Source: Candidatus Limnocylindrales bacterium (lineage in GTDB: Bacteria > Chloroflexota > Limnocylindria > Limnocylindrales > CSP1-4). Taken from it: a stretch of DNA of 64,000 nucleotides. Both the position numbers and the translations under genes were made by a program. The stretch covers positions 1,939 through 65,938 of the forward strand of contig DAITNC010000001.1 in the NCBI GenBank assembly GCA_036834865.1. The letters are read 5' to 3'. This document shows positions 22,768 through 31,209 of this stretch, one piece after another. Positions within the stretch are counted from its first letter, which is position 1, and every line of letters starts with the position of its first letter. Under the pieces are notes generated by a model. The model was given only the letters and a program-made list of their open reading frames with translations, was not told the origin of the DNA and did no database searches.

Positions 22768-23208
22768 ATGAGTGATAGGCCTGCTCCAGCCCATCGCGTC
22801 CGGGAGACCACCAGCTTTCGCCTTCCCGCGGAGACCCTCGAGCGGCTCGACGCGCGCGCCCAGGCGGCCGGGACCACCCGAACGGCGCTGGCGGAGCAGT
22901 TCCTCGAGGAGGGCCTGCGCCTCGTCGAGCACCCCGGCATCCGGTTCGTCGACGGGCCATCTGGCCGGCGCGCCGGGGTGACCGGCACGGGCCTCGATGT
23001 CTGGGAGGTCGTCGAGACCATCCGGGCCCATAACGGGAGCGTCGAAGAAACCGCGGAGTACCTCAGCGTCCCTGTCGCCCGCGTCCGCGTGGCGGCACGG
23101 TACTACGCCGCGTTCCCAGCCGAGATCGACGAGTGGATCGCCGGAAATCAGGCGGTCTACGACCGTGAGTTCGAGCTGGCTCGGCGGGAGCGCGAGCTCC
23201 TGGGGTGA
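22768..23208 (+). CDS. DUF433-type putative antitoxin with N-terminal ribbon-helix-helix
   Basis: N-terminal 'TTSFRLPAETLERLDARA' (RHH/CopG-like) and C-terminal 'GLDVWEVVETIRAHNGSVEETAEYLSVP' (DUF433-like). ATGA overlap with the next gene. Confidence 0.55.
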   Translation: MSDRPAPAHRVRETTSFRLPAETLERLDARAQAAGTTRTALAEQFLEEGLRLVEHPGIRFVDGPSGRRAGVTGTGLDVWEVVETIRAHNGSVEETAEYLSVPVARVRVAARYYAAFPAEIDEWIAGNQAVYDREFELARRERELLG

Positions 23209-23603
23209 AGATCCTGCTCGACGAGCATCTCCGGCCGCATATCGCACGCCTGCTCCGCGAACGCGGACGTGACGTCGTGGCCGTCCTCGAGCGACCGGAC
23301 CTGATCGGGATGCTGGACGGCCACGTGTGGAAGGTTGCCATCGCTGAGGGACGAGCCCTCGTCACCGAGAACGCCCGCGACTTTGTCCCTGCCGCGCGCG
23401 CGACCAATGCGGCCGGGCGATCCCACGCGGGTCTCGTGCTGGTCTCCCCACAGACCGTGCTGAGGTCACGCGACGCGACCGGGTTCATCGTCGAGGCGCT
23501 CCACCGCATCGTGATGGCGAACCCGGGCAACTCGTTCGTGGACCGCGTGGCGTGGGTCGAGCCCCCCGTCGACGCGGCCGAGGGAGGCCCGCCCGGGAGC
23601 TGA
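23205..23603 (+). CDS. DUF5615 (PIN-like) putative toxin
   Basis: 'MKILLDEHLRPHIARLLRERGRDVVAV' is typical of DUF5615, the usual partner of DUF433. Confidence 0.55.
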   Translation: MKILLDEHLRPHIARLLRERGRDVVAVLERPDLIGMLDGHVWKVAIAEGRALVTENARDFVPAARATNAAGRSHAGLVLVSPQTVLRSRDATGFIVEALHRIVMANPGNSFVDRVAWVEPPVDAAEGGPPGS

Positions 23604-23613
23604 GAGGCGTCCG

Positions 23614-23886
23614 TCAGCGCAGCAGGCGCCTCGCGAGGGCAGCCGCGATCGCGAGCAGGGCCCCGGAGATGGCGGCCAACGCCACGCCGAACGCGCCCGC
23701 CCGCCAGTTGCCCTTGACGAAGCCGCCGAACAGGACGTGCCAGGCGCCGAACAGGAACGCCCCGGCGAGCGCGGCCGCGATCGCGCCGCCGATCACGATC
23801 CCGGCCCGCCGGCCCAGACCGCCGGACGCCCAGATGACGGCGAGGCGGTCGCGCACGTCGGCCCGCGACGCTCGGACGGTGCTCAT
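23614..23886 (-). CDS. small membrane protein (2 TM), unknown
   Basis: 90 aa, two hydrophobic helices. Start overlaps the stop of the upstream acyl-CoA dehydrogenase gene (ATGA). Confidence 0.4.
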   Translation of the reverse strand: MSTVRASRADVRDRLAVIWASGGLGRRAGIVIGGAIAAALAGAFLFGAWHVLFGGFVKGNWRAGAFGVALAAISGALLAIAAALARRLLR

Positions 23887-25124
23887 CGGCTGCCCCCGGT
23901 CGAGGAACCGCCGCCCAGCGCCGGCCAGCGCTCGAACCCCTGCGCGGGCAGCGGCTCGCAGCGGATGGGCCGGTCTTGGCGGTAGCCCAGCGCGTAGTCG
24001 GCCTGGATCAGCGTGTGGAGCTGGCTGGTCCCCTCGTAGATGACGGCTGCCTTGCTGTTGCGCAGGTAGCGCTCCACCGGGAACTCGTTGCTATAGCCGT
24101 TCGCGCCGTGAACCTGGATCGCGTCGAGCGCGGCTGCGACACTGTGCTCGGTCGCATGCCATTTCGCGAGGGACGTCTCGCGGGTGTTGCGAACGCCGTG
24201 GTTCTTCAGCCACGCGGCGCGCCAGACGAGGAGGCGCCCGATCTCCGTCCCCTTCGCCATGTTCGCCAGCATCTGCTTGACCAGCTGGTGGCGGCCGATC
24301 TCCTGGCCGAAGGTCTCGCGCTGGTGGGCGTAGGTGACGCTCGCGTCCAGGCAGGCCTGCGCGAGCCCGACCGCGCCGGCAGCCACCGTGAAGCGGCCCT
24401 GGTCGATGGCGCTCATCGCGACGAGGAATCCCTCGCCCTCGTCGCCGATCCGGTTCTCTGCCGGCACCGCCACGTTGTCCAGCGTGATCAGGCCGGTGTT
24501 CCCGGCCCGGATCCCCATCTTCCCGTGGAGCGTCCCGGTCGTCAGGCCGGCCATTCCCCGCTCGAGCATGAATGCCGTCACGCCACGGTGGCGCTTCGCC
24601 CGGTCCACGGTGGCGAAGACGAGGAAGTGGTCCGCGAGGTCGGCCAGGCTGATCCAGATCTTCGATCCGTTGAGGATGTACGCGTCGCCGTCGCGGCGGG
24701 CGGTCGTTTGGAGGCTGGCCGCGTCGGTTCCCGCGCCGGGCTCGGTGAGCGCGAACGTCGCGAGCTTCGTGCCCTGCGCCTGCGGCACCAGCCAGCGGCG
24801 GCGCTGCTCGTCGGTCCCCCACTGGAGCAGCGCCAGGGAGTTCAGGCCGACATGGACGCTCATCACGACCCGGAAGGCGGTGTCGGCGCGCTCCAGCTCC
24901 TCGCACAGGATGGCGAACGAGACGTAGTCCATGCCGGCACCGCCCCACGCCTCCGGGATCGGCGCGCCAAGGTAGCCGAGCTCGGCCATCCTGGCGAAGA
25001 CCTCCGGATGGGCCTCGCCCTTCTCGTCCCACTCCCGGATGTTCGGCAGGATCTCGGCCGCGACGAACTCGCGGACGGACTCGCGGACGAGCCGGTTCTC
25101 GTCGGTGAGGCTGAAGTCGATCAC
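23883..25124 (-). CDS. acyl-CoA dehydrogenase
   Basis: 'FALTEPGAGTD', 'YEGTSQLHTLIQA'. Probable GTG start (VIDFSLTDE...) with GGAG 7 nt upstream; an alternative ATG lies at 25166. Confidence 0.85.
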   Translation of the reverse strand: MIDFSLTDENRLVRESVREFVAAEILPNIREWDEKGEAHPEVFARMAELGYLGAPIPEAWGGAGMDYVSFAILCEELERADTAFRVVMSVHVGLNSLALLQWGTDEQRRRWLVPQAQGTKLATFALTEPGAGTDAASLQTTARRDGDAYILNGSKIWISLADLADHFLVFATVDRAKRHRGVTAFMLERGMAGLTTGTLHGKMGIRAGNTGLITLDNVAVPAENRIGDEGEGFLVAMSAIDQGRFTVAAGAVGLAQACLDASVTYAHQRETFGQEIGRHQLVKQMLANMAKGTEIGRLLVWRAAWLKNHGVRNTRETSLAKWHATEHSVAAALDAIQVHGANGYSNEFPVERYLRNSKAAVIYEGTSQLHTLIQADYALGYRQDRPIRCEPLPAQGFERWPALGGGSSTGGSR

Positions 25125-25345
25125 GGCGGCACTCCGCGCAGGTGGCTGGCTGGGTTCGCGCGCCATCGTCGCACGCGACGTGGCATCCGGTGTGGCGGCA
25201 CGGCGCAGGCCGGGACGGGGCCATGCCGTCGGGACGACCTTCGGCCCACCCGCCGCCCGACCGGCGCCCGATATACTCGGGGCAGGTCCGCCGCAGCCCG
25301 CCCGAGTGACGCGGCCCGGCCGGCGACGTACCCGAGGACCCACCC

Positions 25346-26683
25346 ATGGACACCCTGACCGCCCCGGCTGCCTCCGGCCTCGACCTGGCCGCGCTGGCTG
25401 CCGCGAACCTGACGCCGGTCCTTGGTCGCTATTTCGAGCGATCCTGGGCGCGCGGCGAGGGCCATCGCCTGTACGACACCGACGGCAGGGCGTACCTGGA
25501 CTTCGCGAACGGGATCGCCGTCAGCGTCCTCGGCCACGGCCACCCGGCGGTGACGGCCGCGATCCATGCCCAGGTCGACCGGCTGATCGCGCCGTGCGCC
25601 GCGATGGGCTACGCGGAATCGACGGTCCGCCACGCCCGGCTCCTGGCGGAGTTCCTGCCGGAGCCGCTCGACTCCATCTTCTTCATGAACTCCGGCTCGG
25701 AAGCCATCGAGGGCGCCATCAAGCTGGCCCGCCGGGTCACCGGGCGCCCCGGGATCATCGCGTTCCGCGGCGCGTTCCACGGCCGCACGCTCGGCGCCGC
25801 GAGCGTCACGAGCTCCAACATCAACTACCGGCTGGGCTACGAGCCGCTCCTGCCGGGCGTCTACATCAGCCCCTTCCCGTCTGCCTACCGCGACTTTGCC
25901 GGCGACGAGGAGCGGGCGGTCGACGTCTCCCTGAAGCACCTGCGCGACCTTCTGCGGACCACGGTCCCGCCCTCCGCGGTGGCCGCGATGATCATCGAGC
26001 CGATGCAGGGCGAGGGCGGCTATATCCCGGCCCCGCCGGCCTTCCTGCAAGCGCTCCGCTCGATCTGCGACGAGCACGGCATCCTGCTCGTCGCGGACGA
26101 GGTCCAGGCGGGTTTCGGCCGGACCGGGAAGATGTGGGCGTTCGAGCATGCCGGGATCGTCCCGGACGTCGTCTGCATGGCGAAGGCGATCGCGAACGGC
26201 CTGCCGCTGTCCGCGCTGGCGAGCTCGAGAGCGCTCCAGGTGCGCTGGGGCAGGAGCGCCCACGGCACCACGTACGGCGGCAACCCCGTCAGCTGTGCGG
26301 CCGGGATCGCGGTGCTCGAGACCATCCGCGCGGAGCGGCTCGTGGAGAACAGTGCGGCGCGGGGCGCCGAGCTCATGGCTGGCCTGCGCGGCATCGCAGC
26401 CGACGACGTAAGGATCGGCGACGTACGCGGCCTGGGGCTGATGATCGGGGTGGAGTTCGTCCGCGACCCCGCCACGCGGGAGCCCGATGGGGCCCTCTGT
26501 GAGACCGTGATCCAGGGCTGCGCCGACGAGGGGCTGCTGCTCATCTCCTGCGGCGTCGAGCACAACGTGATCCGCTGGATCGCCCCGCTGAACGTCACGT
26601 CAGCGGAGATCGACGAGGCGCTGGGAGTCTTCCGACGCGTGCTCCGCGCGCTGCCGGCCCAGCCGGAGGCCGGCGGCATCTGA
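25346..26683 (+). CDS. class-III aminotransferase (4-aminobutyrate/omega-aminotransferase type)
   Basis: 445 aa; 'LLVADEVQAGFGRTGKMWA' PLP-lysine region, 'TYGGNP'. Confidence 0.85.
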   Translation: MDTLTAPAASGLDLAALAAANLTPVLGRYFERSWARGEGHRLYDTDGRAYLDFANGIAVSVLGHGHPAVTAAIHAQVDRLIAPCAAMGYAESTVRHARLLAEFLPEPLDSIFFMNSGSEAIEGAIKLARRVTGRPGIIAFRGAFHGRTLGAASVTSSNINYRLGYEPLLPGVYISPFPSAYRDFAGDEERAVDVSLKHLRDLLRTTVPPSAVAAMIIEPMQGEGGYIPAPPAFLQALRSICDEHGILLVADEVQAGFGRTGKMWAFEHAGIVPDVVCMAKAIANGLPLSALASSRALQVRWGRSAHGTTYGGNPVSCAAGIAVLETIRAERLVENSAARGAELMAGLRGIAADDVRIGDVRGLGLMIGVEFVRDPATREPDGALCETVIQGCADEGLLLISCGVEHNVIRWIAPLNVTSAEIDEALGVFRRVLRALPAQPEAGGI

Positions 26684-26734
26684 CGCCCGGGCGTCCCCGT
26701 CCCGTCCCGCCGGCGGCGCTCCCCCGGGGGCGCC
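26682..26734. terminator. two GC palindromes in the convergent gap after the class-III aminotransferase gene (putative bidirectional terminator)
   Basis: Perfect 14-nt palindrome gacgcccgggcgtc overlapping the stop, and gcgctcccccgggggcgc 20 nt further on. Confidence 0.3.
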
Positions 26735-26744
26735 GGCCGGTCGG

Positions 26745-26936
26745 CTACTGCCGCCTGCTGTCGGTCAGGAAGGCCATCACGTCCGCGAGCCGGAAGCGGC
26801 GATCGCCGCGCCGGCAGACGCGGAAGAACGGGAGCTCACCGCGGTCGCCGAGGCGCTTCACGGTGTTGACATGCAGGTGGAGCATTTCCGCGACCTCGCT
26901 CGCGGTGAGGAGCGGTCCAAGCTCGCTGACGGCCAT
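26745..26936 (-). CDS. helix-turn-helix (excisionase/MerR-like HTH_17) DNA-binding protein
   Basis: 64 aa, 'LLTASEVAEMLHLHVNTVKRLGDRGELP'; GAGGA RBS 5 nt upstream of ATG. The long upstream ORF extension was rejected. Confidence 0.55.
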   Translation of the reverse strand: MAVSELGPLLTASEVAEMLHLHVNTVKRLGDRGELPFFRVCRRGDRRFRLADVMAFLTDSRRQ

Positions 26937-27291
26937 TCGAGTCCTCGCCTGTTCGGTGGCGGTCATACCGGGCACGTGACGTGGTGACGTGTAGGGTGCG
27001 ACCCGCTTCGTGGGGGAGCGTAGGGGTCCGGGTGGCCATGCGCCAAGCCGTACCTTCGGTCTAGGAGGGTCGTACGGTGCGGTCGGGATGGGATCAGCGC
27101 CCGGGGGGCCCCCGGGCGGTCGCGAGACCCGCGGTCCCGGGCGATCGACCGAGGAGCTGTCGACGGTCCATCTGGCAGTTGACGCAGCCACGTACGCGAC
27201 GGAGCATGCATCGCCGGGCCGACACCACGGGCGTCGGCGGGACGCGTCCTCACGCGCCCGGGGCATCGCGACGAGGAGCCGACTCCAGGCC

Positions 27292-27852
27292 ATGACGAAC
27301 CGTCCCTCGAGCGAGCAGGCGCAGGTGACGATCGCCTCCGAGGCGGCGCGCTGGGACGATCTCAGCCAGCTGCTCCAGCGCGGCGTGTTCTGCCCGCTCG
27401 CGGCCCGATGCTCCGTCGCTGACTTCCTCACGGGGCAGCTCGGGCTCGACCCCGACTACGTCCGTGACCGGATCGCGACCGTGTTCGTGGACGGCGCGGT
27501 GGTGGACGACCTCGCGGTCGCCACGCTGCGACCCGGCTCGACGCTCACCCTGTCGGCGGCGATGCCCGGGCTCGTGGGGGCGACCCTGCGCAAGGGCGGC
27601 TTCTACTCCGCGATGCGCTCGGAGATCAGCTGGAAGGGCGATGACGACGCGCGCCAGCCGCTCGACGGTCCACCGGGCACGATCCGGCTCAAGCTGTTCA
27701 ACAGCGTCATGCGCGAGATCGGCCCGACCCTGCTGCAGCGCGGCGTCCTGGTCGACCGCCGGGAAGCGGCGAGCGTCGCGGGAGCCCAGGGCACGGACGT
27801 GACCGACGCTCCCGGAGGCACGTGGGTGTCACTCAGGGTGGCCCCGCGATGA
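27292..27852 (+). CDS. hypothetical protein with beta-grasp (MoaD/ThiS-like) features
   Basis: 186 aa; 'IATVFVDGAVVDDLAVATLRPGSTLTL' resembles the C-terminal strand pattern of MoaD/ThiS. Immediately precedes the GG-terminated carrier. Confidence 0.45.
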   Translation: MTNRPSSEQAQVTIASEAARWDDLSQLLQRGVFCPLAARCSVADFLTGQLGLDPDYVRDRIATVFVDGAVVDDLAVATLRPGSTLTLSAAMPGLVGATLRKGGFYSAMRSEISWKGDDDARQPLDGPPGTIRLKLFNSVMREIGPTLLQRGVLVDRREAASVAGAQGTDVTDAPGGTWVSLRVAPR

Positions 27853-27871
27853 GGCGGGTCGGGCCCCGGTC

Positions 27872-28090
27872 GTGACGATCAAGCTGTTCGCCTCATTCCA
27901 GAAGGGGCGCTTCGCGGTCGAGACGAGGGAGTACCCGCCGGCGACGACCGTCGAGGAGATCGTCACGGACCTCCACATCCCGAAGCGCGAGATCGGCGTG
28001 CTGCTGGTGAACGGGCGGCACGTCTCCTTCGATCACCGCCCCGGCGGCGGCGACGTGCTGGCGATCTTCCCGGTCATCGGGGGCGGCTGA
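27872..28090 (+). CDS. MoaD/ThiS-family sulfur-carrier (ubiquitin-like) protein ending in Gly-Gly
   Basis: 72 aa, '...GGGDVLAIFPVIGGG*' with the C-terminal GG directly before the stop. Confidence 0.7.
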   Translation: MTIKLFASFQKGRFAVETREYPPATTVEEIVTDLHIPKREIGVLLVNGRHVSFDHRPGGGDVLAIFPVIGGG

Positions 28091-28097
28091 CCGACGG

Positions 28098-29294
28098 TCA
28101 GCCCGCCAGCGGGATCAGGTGGACGGCTGTCGCCTTGAACGTGACGAGGACCCTCCCGCCCGGGCCCAGCCCCATCTCCTCGGCCGAGGCCCGCGTGATG
28201 GAGGCGACGAGCGAGATCCCGCAGTCGATGGTCACCCGGACCAGCGAGCCCTGGGCAACCATCCTGGAGACGTCGCCCGGGAGCTGGTTCCGGGCGCTCG
28301 AGACGACTCTCGGCAACGAGCCCGTCGCTGACGTTCCCGGTGACCCGGAGACCGGCCCGGACACCTCGCCCGCCGGCGACCCGCCCACAACGCCGGACCA
28401 CAGCGTCACGTCCTCCGGCCGCAGACAGCACAGGACCGCGCGTCCCGGCCCGATGGCGGAGACGGCCTCGATCTGGCAGCCGCCGACGTCGACCATCGCA
28501 ACTCCCGCGCGGGTCGAGACGACGCGGCCAGGCAGGCGGGTCTCGGCGCCCACGAAGGCGGCCACGTCCTCGTCGAACGGCGCCGAGAGCACCCGCTCGG
28601 GCACGTCGCACTGGCGGAGTCGCCCCTCGACGACCACCGCCATCCGGTCGCCGAGACGGACGGCCTCGTCGAGATCGTGGGTCACGACAACGCAGGCGAC
28701 ATGCGTCTCGTGAAGGAGCAGCTCGAGATCGTCCACGAGCTTCGAGCGGGTGGCCGCGTCGACTGACGCGAACGGCTCGTCGAGCAGCAGGAGGTCCGGC
28801 TCGAGGACCAGCGCCCGTGCCAGGCTGACCCGCTGAGCTTCGCCGCTCGAGATCTGGCGGGCCGGACGGCGGCGCAGGTGGCCCACGCCCAGGCGCTCGA
28901 GCCATTCGGCAACCCTCGCCTCGACCTCGCCCGAGGAGACGCCGCGAAAGCGCAACCCGGCGGCGACGTTCGCGAACACCGACGTGTTGAGCAACAGCGG
29001 GTCGGGCAGGACGAGGCCGATGTGCCGACGGAACGCGAGCTCGTCGCGGGGCGCGACCGGCGATCCCCGAAACGAAAGCCGCCCGCGTGAAAGCGGGACG
29101 AGGCACGCCAGGGCCAGCAGGAGCGTGCTCTTCCCGGCCCCGTTCGGGCCGACCACGGCCAGCGTCTCGCGGTCCGCGAGTGCCAGGTGATCGATTGCCA
29201 GGACCGGGCGGGCGCCACGAACCACCACGAGGTCGCTGATCTCGACGAGGGGCGGCGTCGCGTCCGCGTTCGGTTCGTTCATGGTCGTGGGCAC
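28098..29294 (-). CDS. tupC: tungstate/molybdate ABC transporter ATP-binding protein with C-terminal TOBE domain
   Basis: Walker A 'GPNGAGKST', signature 'ISSGEAQR', Walker B 'LLLLDEPF'; C-terminal TOBE-like region. Confidence 0.85.
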   Translation of the reverse strand: MPTTMNEPNADATPPLVEISDLVVVRGARPVLAIDHLALADRETLAVVGPNGAGKSTLLLALACLVPLSRGRLSFRGSPVAPRDELAFRRHIGLVLPDPLLLNTSVFANVAAGLRFRGVSSGEVEARVAEWLERLGVGHLRRRPARQISSGEAQRVSLARALVLEPDLLLLDEPFASVDAATRSKLVDDLELLLHETHVACVVVTHDLDEAVRLGDRMAVVVEGRLRQCDVPERVLSAPFDEDVAAFVGAETRLPGRVVSTRAGVAMVDVGGCQIEAVSAIGPGRAVLCCLRPEDVTLWSGVVGGSPAGEVSGPVSGSPGTSATGSLPRVVSSARNQLPGDVSRMVAQGSLVRVTIDCGISLVASITRASAEEMGLGPGGRVLVTFKATAVHLIPLAG

Positions 29295-29301
29295 GGGCTC
29301 C

Positions 29302-30000
29302 CTAGCGCTGCGGACCGCGCTGCTGGGCCCACGTCAGCACGCCGTTGACCAGGAACGCCAGGGCCAGCAGGACGATGCCGAGCGCGACGGCCTTGATGAA
29401 CTCCCCGCGGCTCACGTCCAGGACGATCGCCGTGGTGAGCACGCGCGTCTGGTGGAGGATGTTGCCGCCGACCATCATCGCGGCGCCCACCTCCGAGATC
29501 ACACTGCCGAAGCCGGCCATGAGCGCCGCCAGCAGCGGCAACCGCGCTTCGCGCCACAGCCACCACACGGTCTGCCATCGCGACGCCCCCAGGCCCATCA
29601 GCTGCAGCCGCAGGCGCGGGTCAAGCTGCCCGAGCGCGGCGACTGTGAGGCCCAGGATGACGGGCGTCGCGATGATCACCTCGGCGATCACCATCGCGGA
29701 CGGCGTGTAGATGAGGCCCAGGTCACCCAGCGGACCACTGCGCCAGAGCGTGAACGCGACGAACAGCCCAACGACGACGGGCGGCAGCGCCATGCCAGTG
29801 TTGACCACGCTGATGACGAGCCCGCGGCTGCGAAACCGCGACAGGGCGAGCCACGTCCCGATCGGCAACCCGATCAGCAGGCTCAGGGCGGTCGCCAGCC
29901 CTGAGACGGCAAGCGACAGGAGGGTGATCTCGACGAGGTCGCCGCCGACCAGGCTCTGGAGCAGCTGCTGGGCCTGGTCGACGAGCGAGCCCGTGGTCAC
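29302..30000 (-). CDS. tupB: tungstate ABC transporter permease
   Basis: 232 aa, six TM helices, EAA-like loop; positioned between the binding protein and the ATPase. Confidence 0.85.
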   Translation of the reverse strand: MTTGSLVDQAQQLLQSLVGGDLVEITLLSLAVSGLATALSLLIGLPIGTWLALSRFRSRGLVISVVNTGMALPPVVVGLFVAFTLWRSGPLGDLGLIYTPSAMVIAEVIIATPVILGLTVAALGQLDPRLRLQLMGLGASRWQTVWWLWREARLPLLAALMAGFGSVISEVGAAMMVGGNILHQTRVLTTAIVLDVSRGEFIKAVALGIVLLALAFLVNGVLTWAQQRGPQR

Positions 30001-30010
30001 GCGCGGCAGT

Positions 30011-30925
30011 CTACTTGAGCGAGCTGTAGTCCTTGCCGGCGTCCGGGTTGAAGAGCGCCAGGCCGTATGTGTCGGTGCCGAACGTGCCGATGATCTGCTG
30101 CCCGGCGGTCCCGGTGACGTAGTCCTCGAACGCCTTTGCGCCCGCGGCGTTGACCTTCGGCCACTTCGCCGGGTTCACGGCGATGACGCTGTAGATGTTG
30201 ATGAGCGACGAGTCGCTCTTCACGAGGGCCTGGAGAGAGAGCTTCGATCTGTTGGCAAGGAACGTCGCGGTGTCGGTCAGCGTGTAGCCGCCCTTTTCCG
30301 AGGCGATCTGCAGCGTCGGCCCCATGCCCTGGCCGGACTGGACGTACCAGCTGCCCGCGGGCGTGATTCCCGCGGACTTCCAGAGGCTCAGCTCCTTGGT
30401 GTTCGTACCGGAGCTGTCATCGCGCGAGACGAACGTCGCAGCCGCGGCGGCGATCTTCTTGAAGGCGTCCACCGCCGAGGTCATGCCGCTGATCCCGGCC
30501 GGATCCGCCGCCGGGCCGACGATCCAGAAGTAGTTGTGCGCCACGAGGCGCCGGTCGACGCCCCATCCGGCGTCCATGAACGCCTGCTCCTGCGTCGGCG
30601 CATGGACGAACAGGACGTCGGCGTTGCCCTGCTGGCCCATCGTGAGCGCCTGGCCCGTGCCGACGGCGACGGTCTTCACGGTGTAGCCGGATGCCTTCTC
30701 GAAGGCGGGCACGAGGACGTCGAGCAGCCCCGAGTCCTGGAGCGAGGTCGTCGTGGCGAGGATCAGGGCGGTGGAGCCGGCCGGGGCGGCACTGGCGACC
30801 GGTGCGCTCGCCTGCGGGCTCGGCGACGCGGCCGAGCTGCAGGCCGCGGCGACCAGGACGAGCGCGATGAGGGGGGCGGTTCGCTCCAGCAGCCTGCGCT
30901 TCAACATCACCGTGCCACGTGCCAC
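30011..30925 (-). CDS. tupA: tungstate ABC transporter substrate-binding lipoprotein
   Basis: Lipobox 'LVAAACSS'; TupA-type 'ILATTTSLQDSGLLD' and 'ADVLFVHAP' motifs. GGAGGA lies 6 nt upstream of a GTG start. Confidence 0.8.
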   Translation of the reverse strand: MARGTVMLKRRLLERTAPLIALVLVAAACSSAASPSPQASAPVASAAPAGSTALILATTTSLQDSGLLDVLVPAFEKASGYTVKTVAVGTGQALTMGQQGNADVLFVHAPTQEQAFMDAGWGVDRRLVAHNYFWIVGPAADPAGISGMTSAVDAFKKIAAAAATFVSRDDSSGTNTKELSLWKSAGITPAGSWYVQSGQGMGPTLQIASEKGGYTLTDTATFLANRSKLSLQALVKSDSSLINIYSVIAVNPAKWPKVNAAGAKAFEDYVTGTAGQQIIGTFGTDTYGLALFNPDAGKDYSSLK

Positions 30926-31209
30926 AACCATTCCTCCAGAGATCCTGCCCACGGCCCACTCGCCCCGGGGAGCCGATGCCGCGTCGACCGAACGAGTGTC
31001 GGTTCGGAGCCCGGCCGGGAAGAGGGCCAGATGTCACCTTGAGCGAGATCATATGTGGCCATTCGGTCCGGCATCAACAGGTGTGCTGCCCATTCCTGTC
31101 CGCTTTACCTCGATATCCAGGCGCGCCTGCCTGACCCGCCGCGGACCCCGGGTAGAATGCAGTCGCGACGGGAGGCGCAACGAGTCCCGGCGAGGCAGCG
31201 GGAGGCGGG
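30926..31209. promoter_or_regulatory. divergent tupA / thiF-like intergenic region (candidate cofactor-responsive control region)
   Basis: 284-nt non-coding gap between divergently transcribed tungstate-transporter and E1-like genes; contains the hairpin ccgaac-gagtgtcg-gttcgg and a relatively AT-richer stretch. Confidence 0.3.

Noticed and set aside
26745-27431. Full 228-aa version of the HTH ORF
   Set aside because: Only the last 64 aa are protein-like (HTH), with a GAGGA RBS before the internal ATG. The upstream 160 aa are Arg/Pro/Ser-rich filler.
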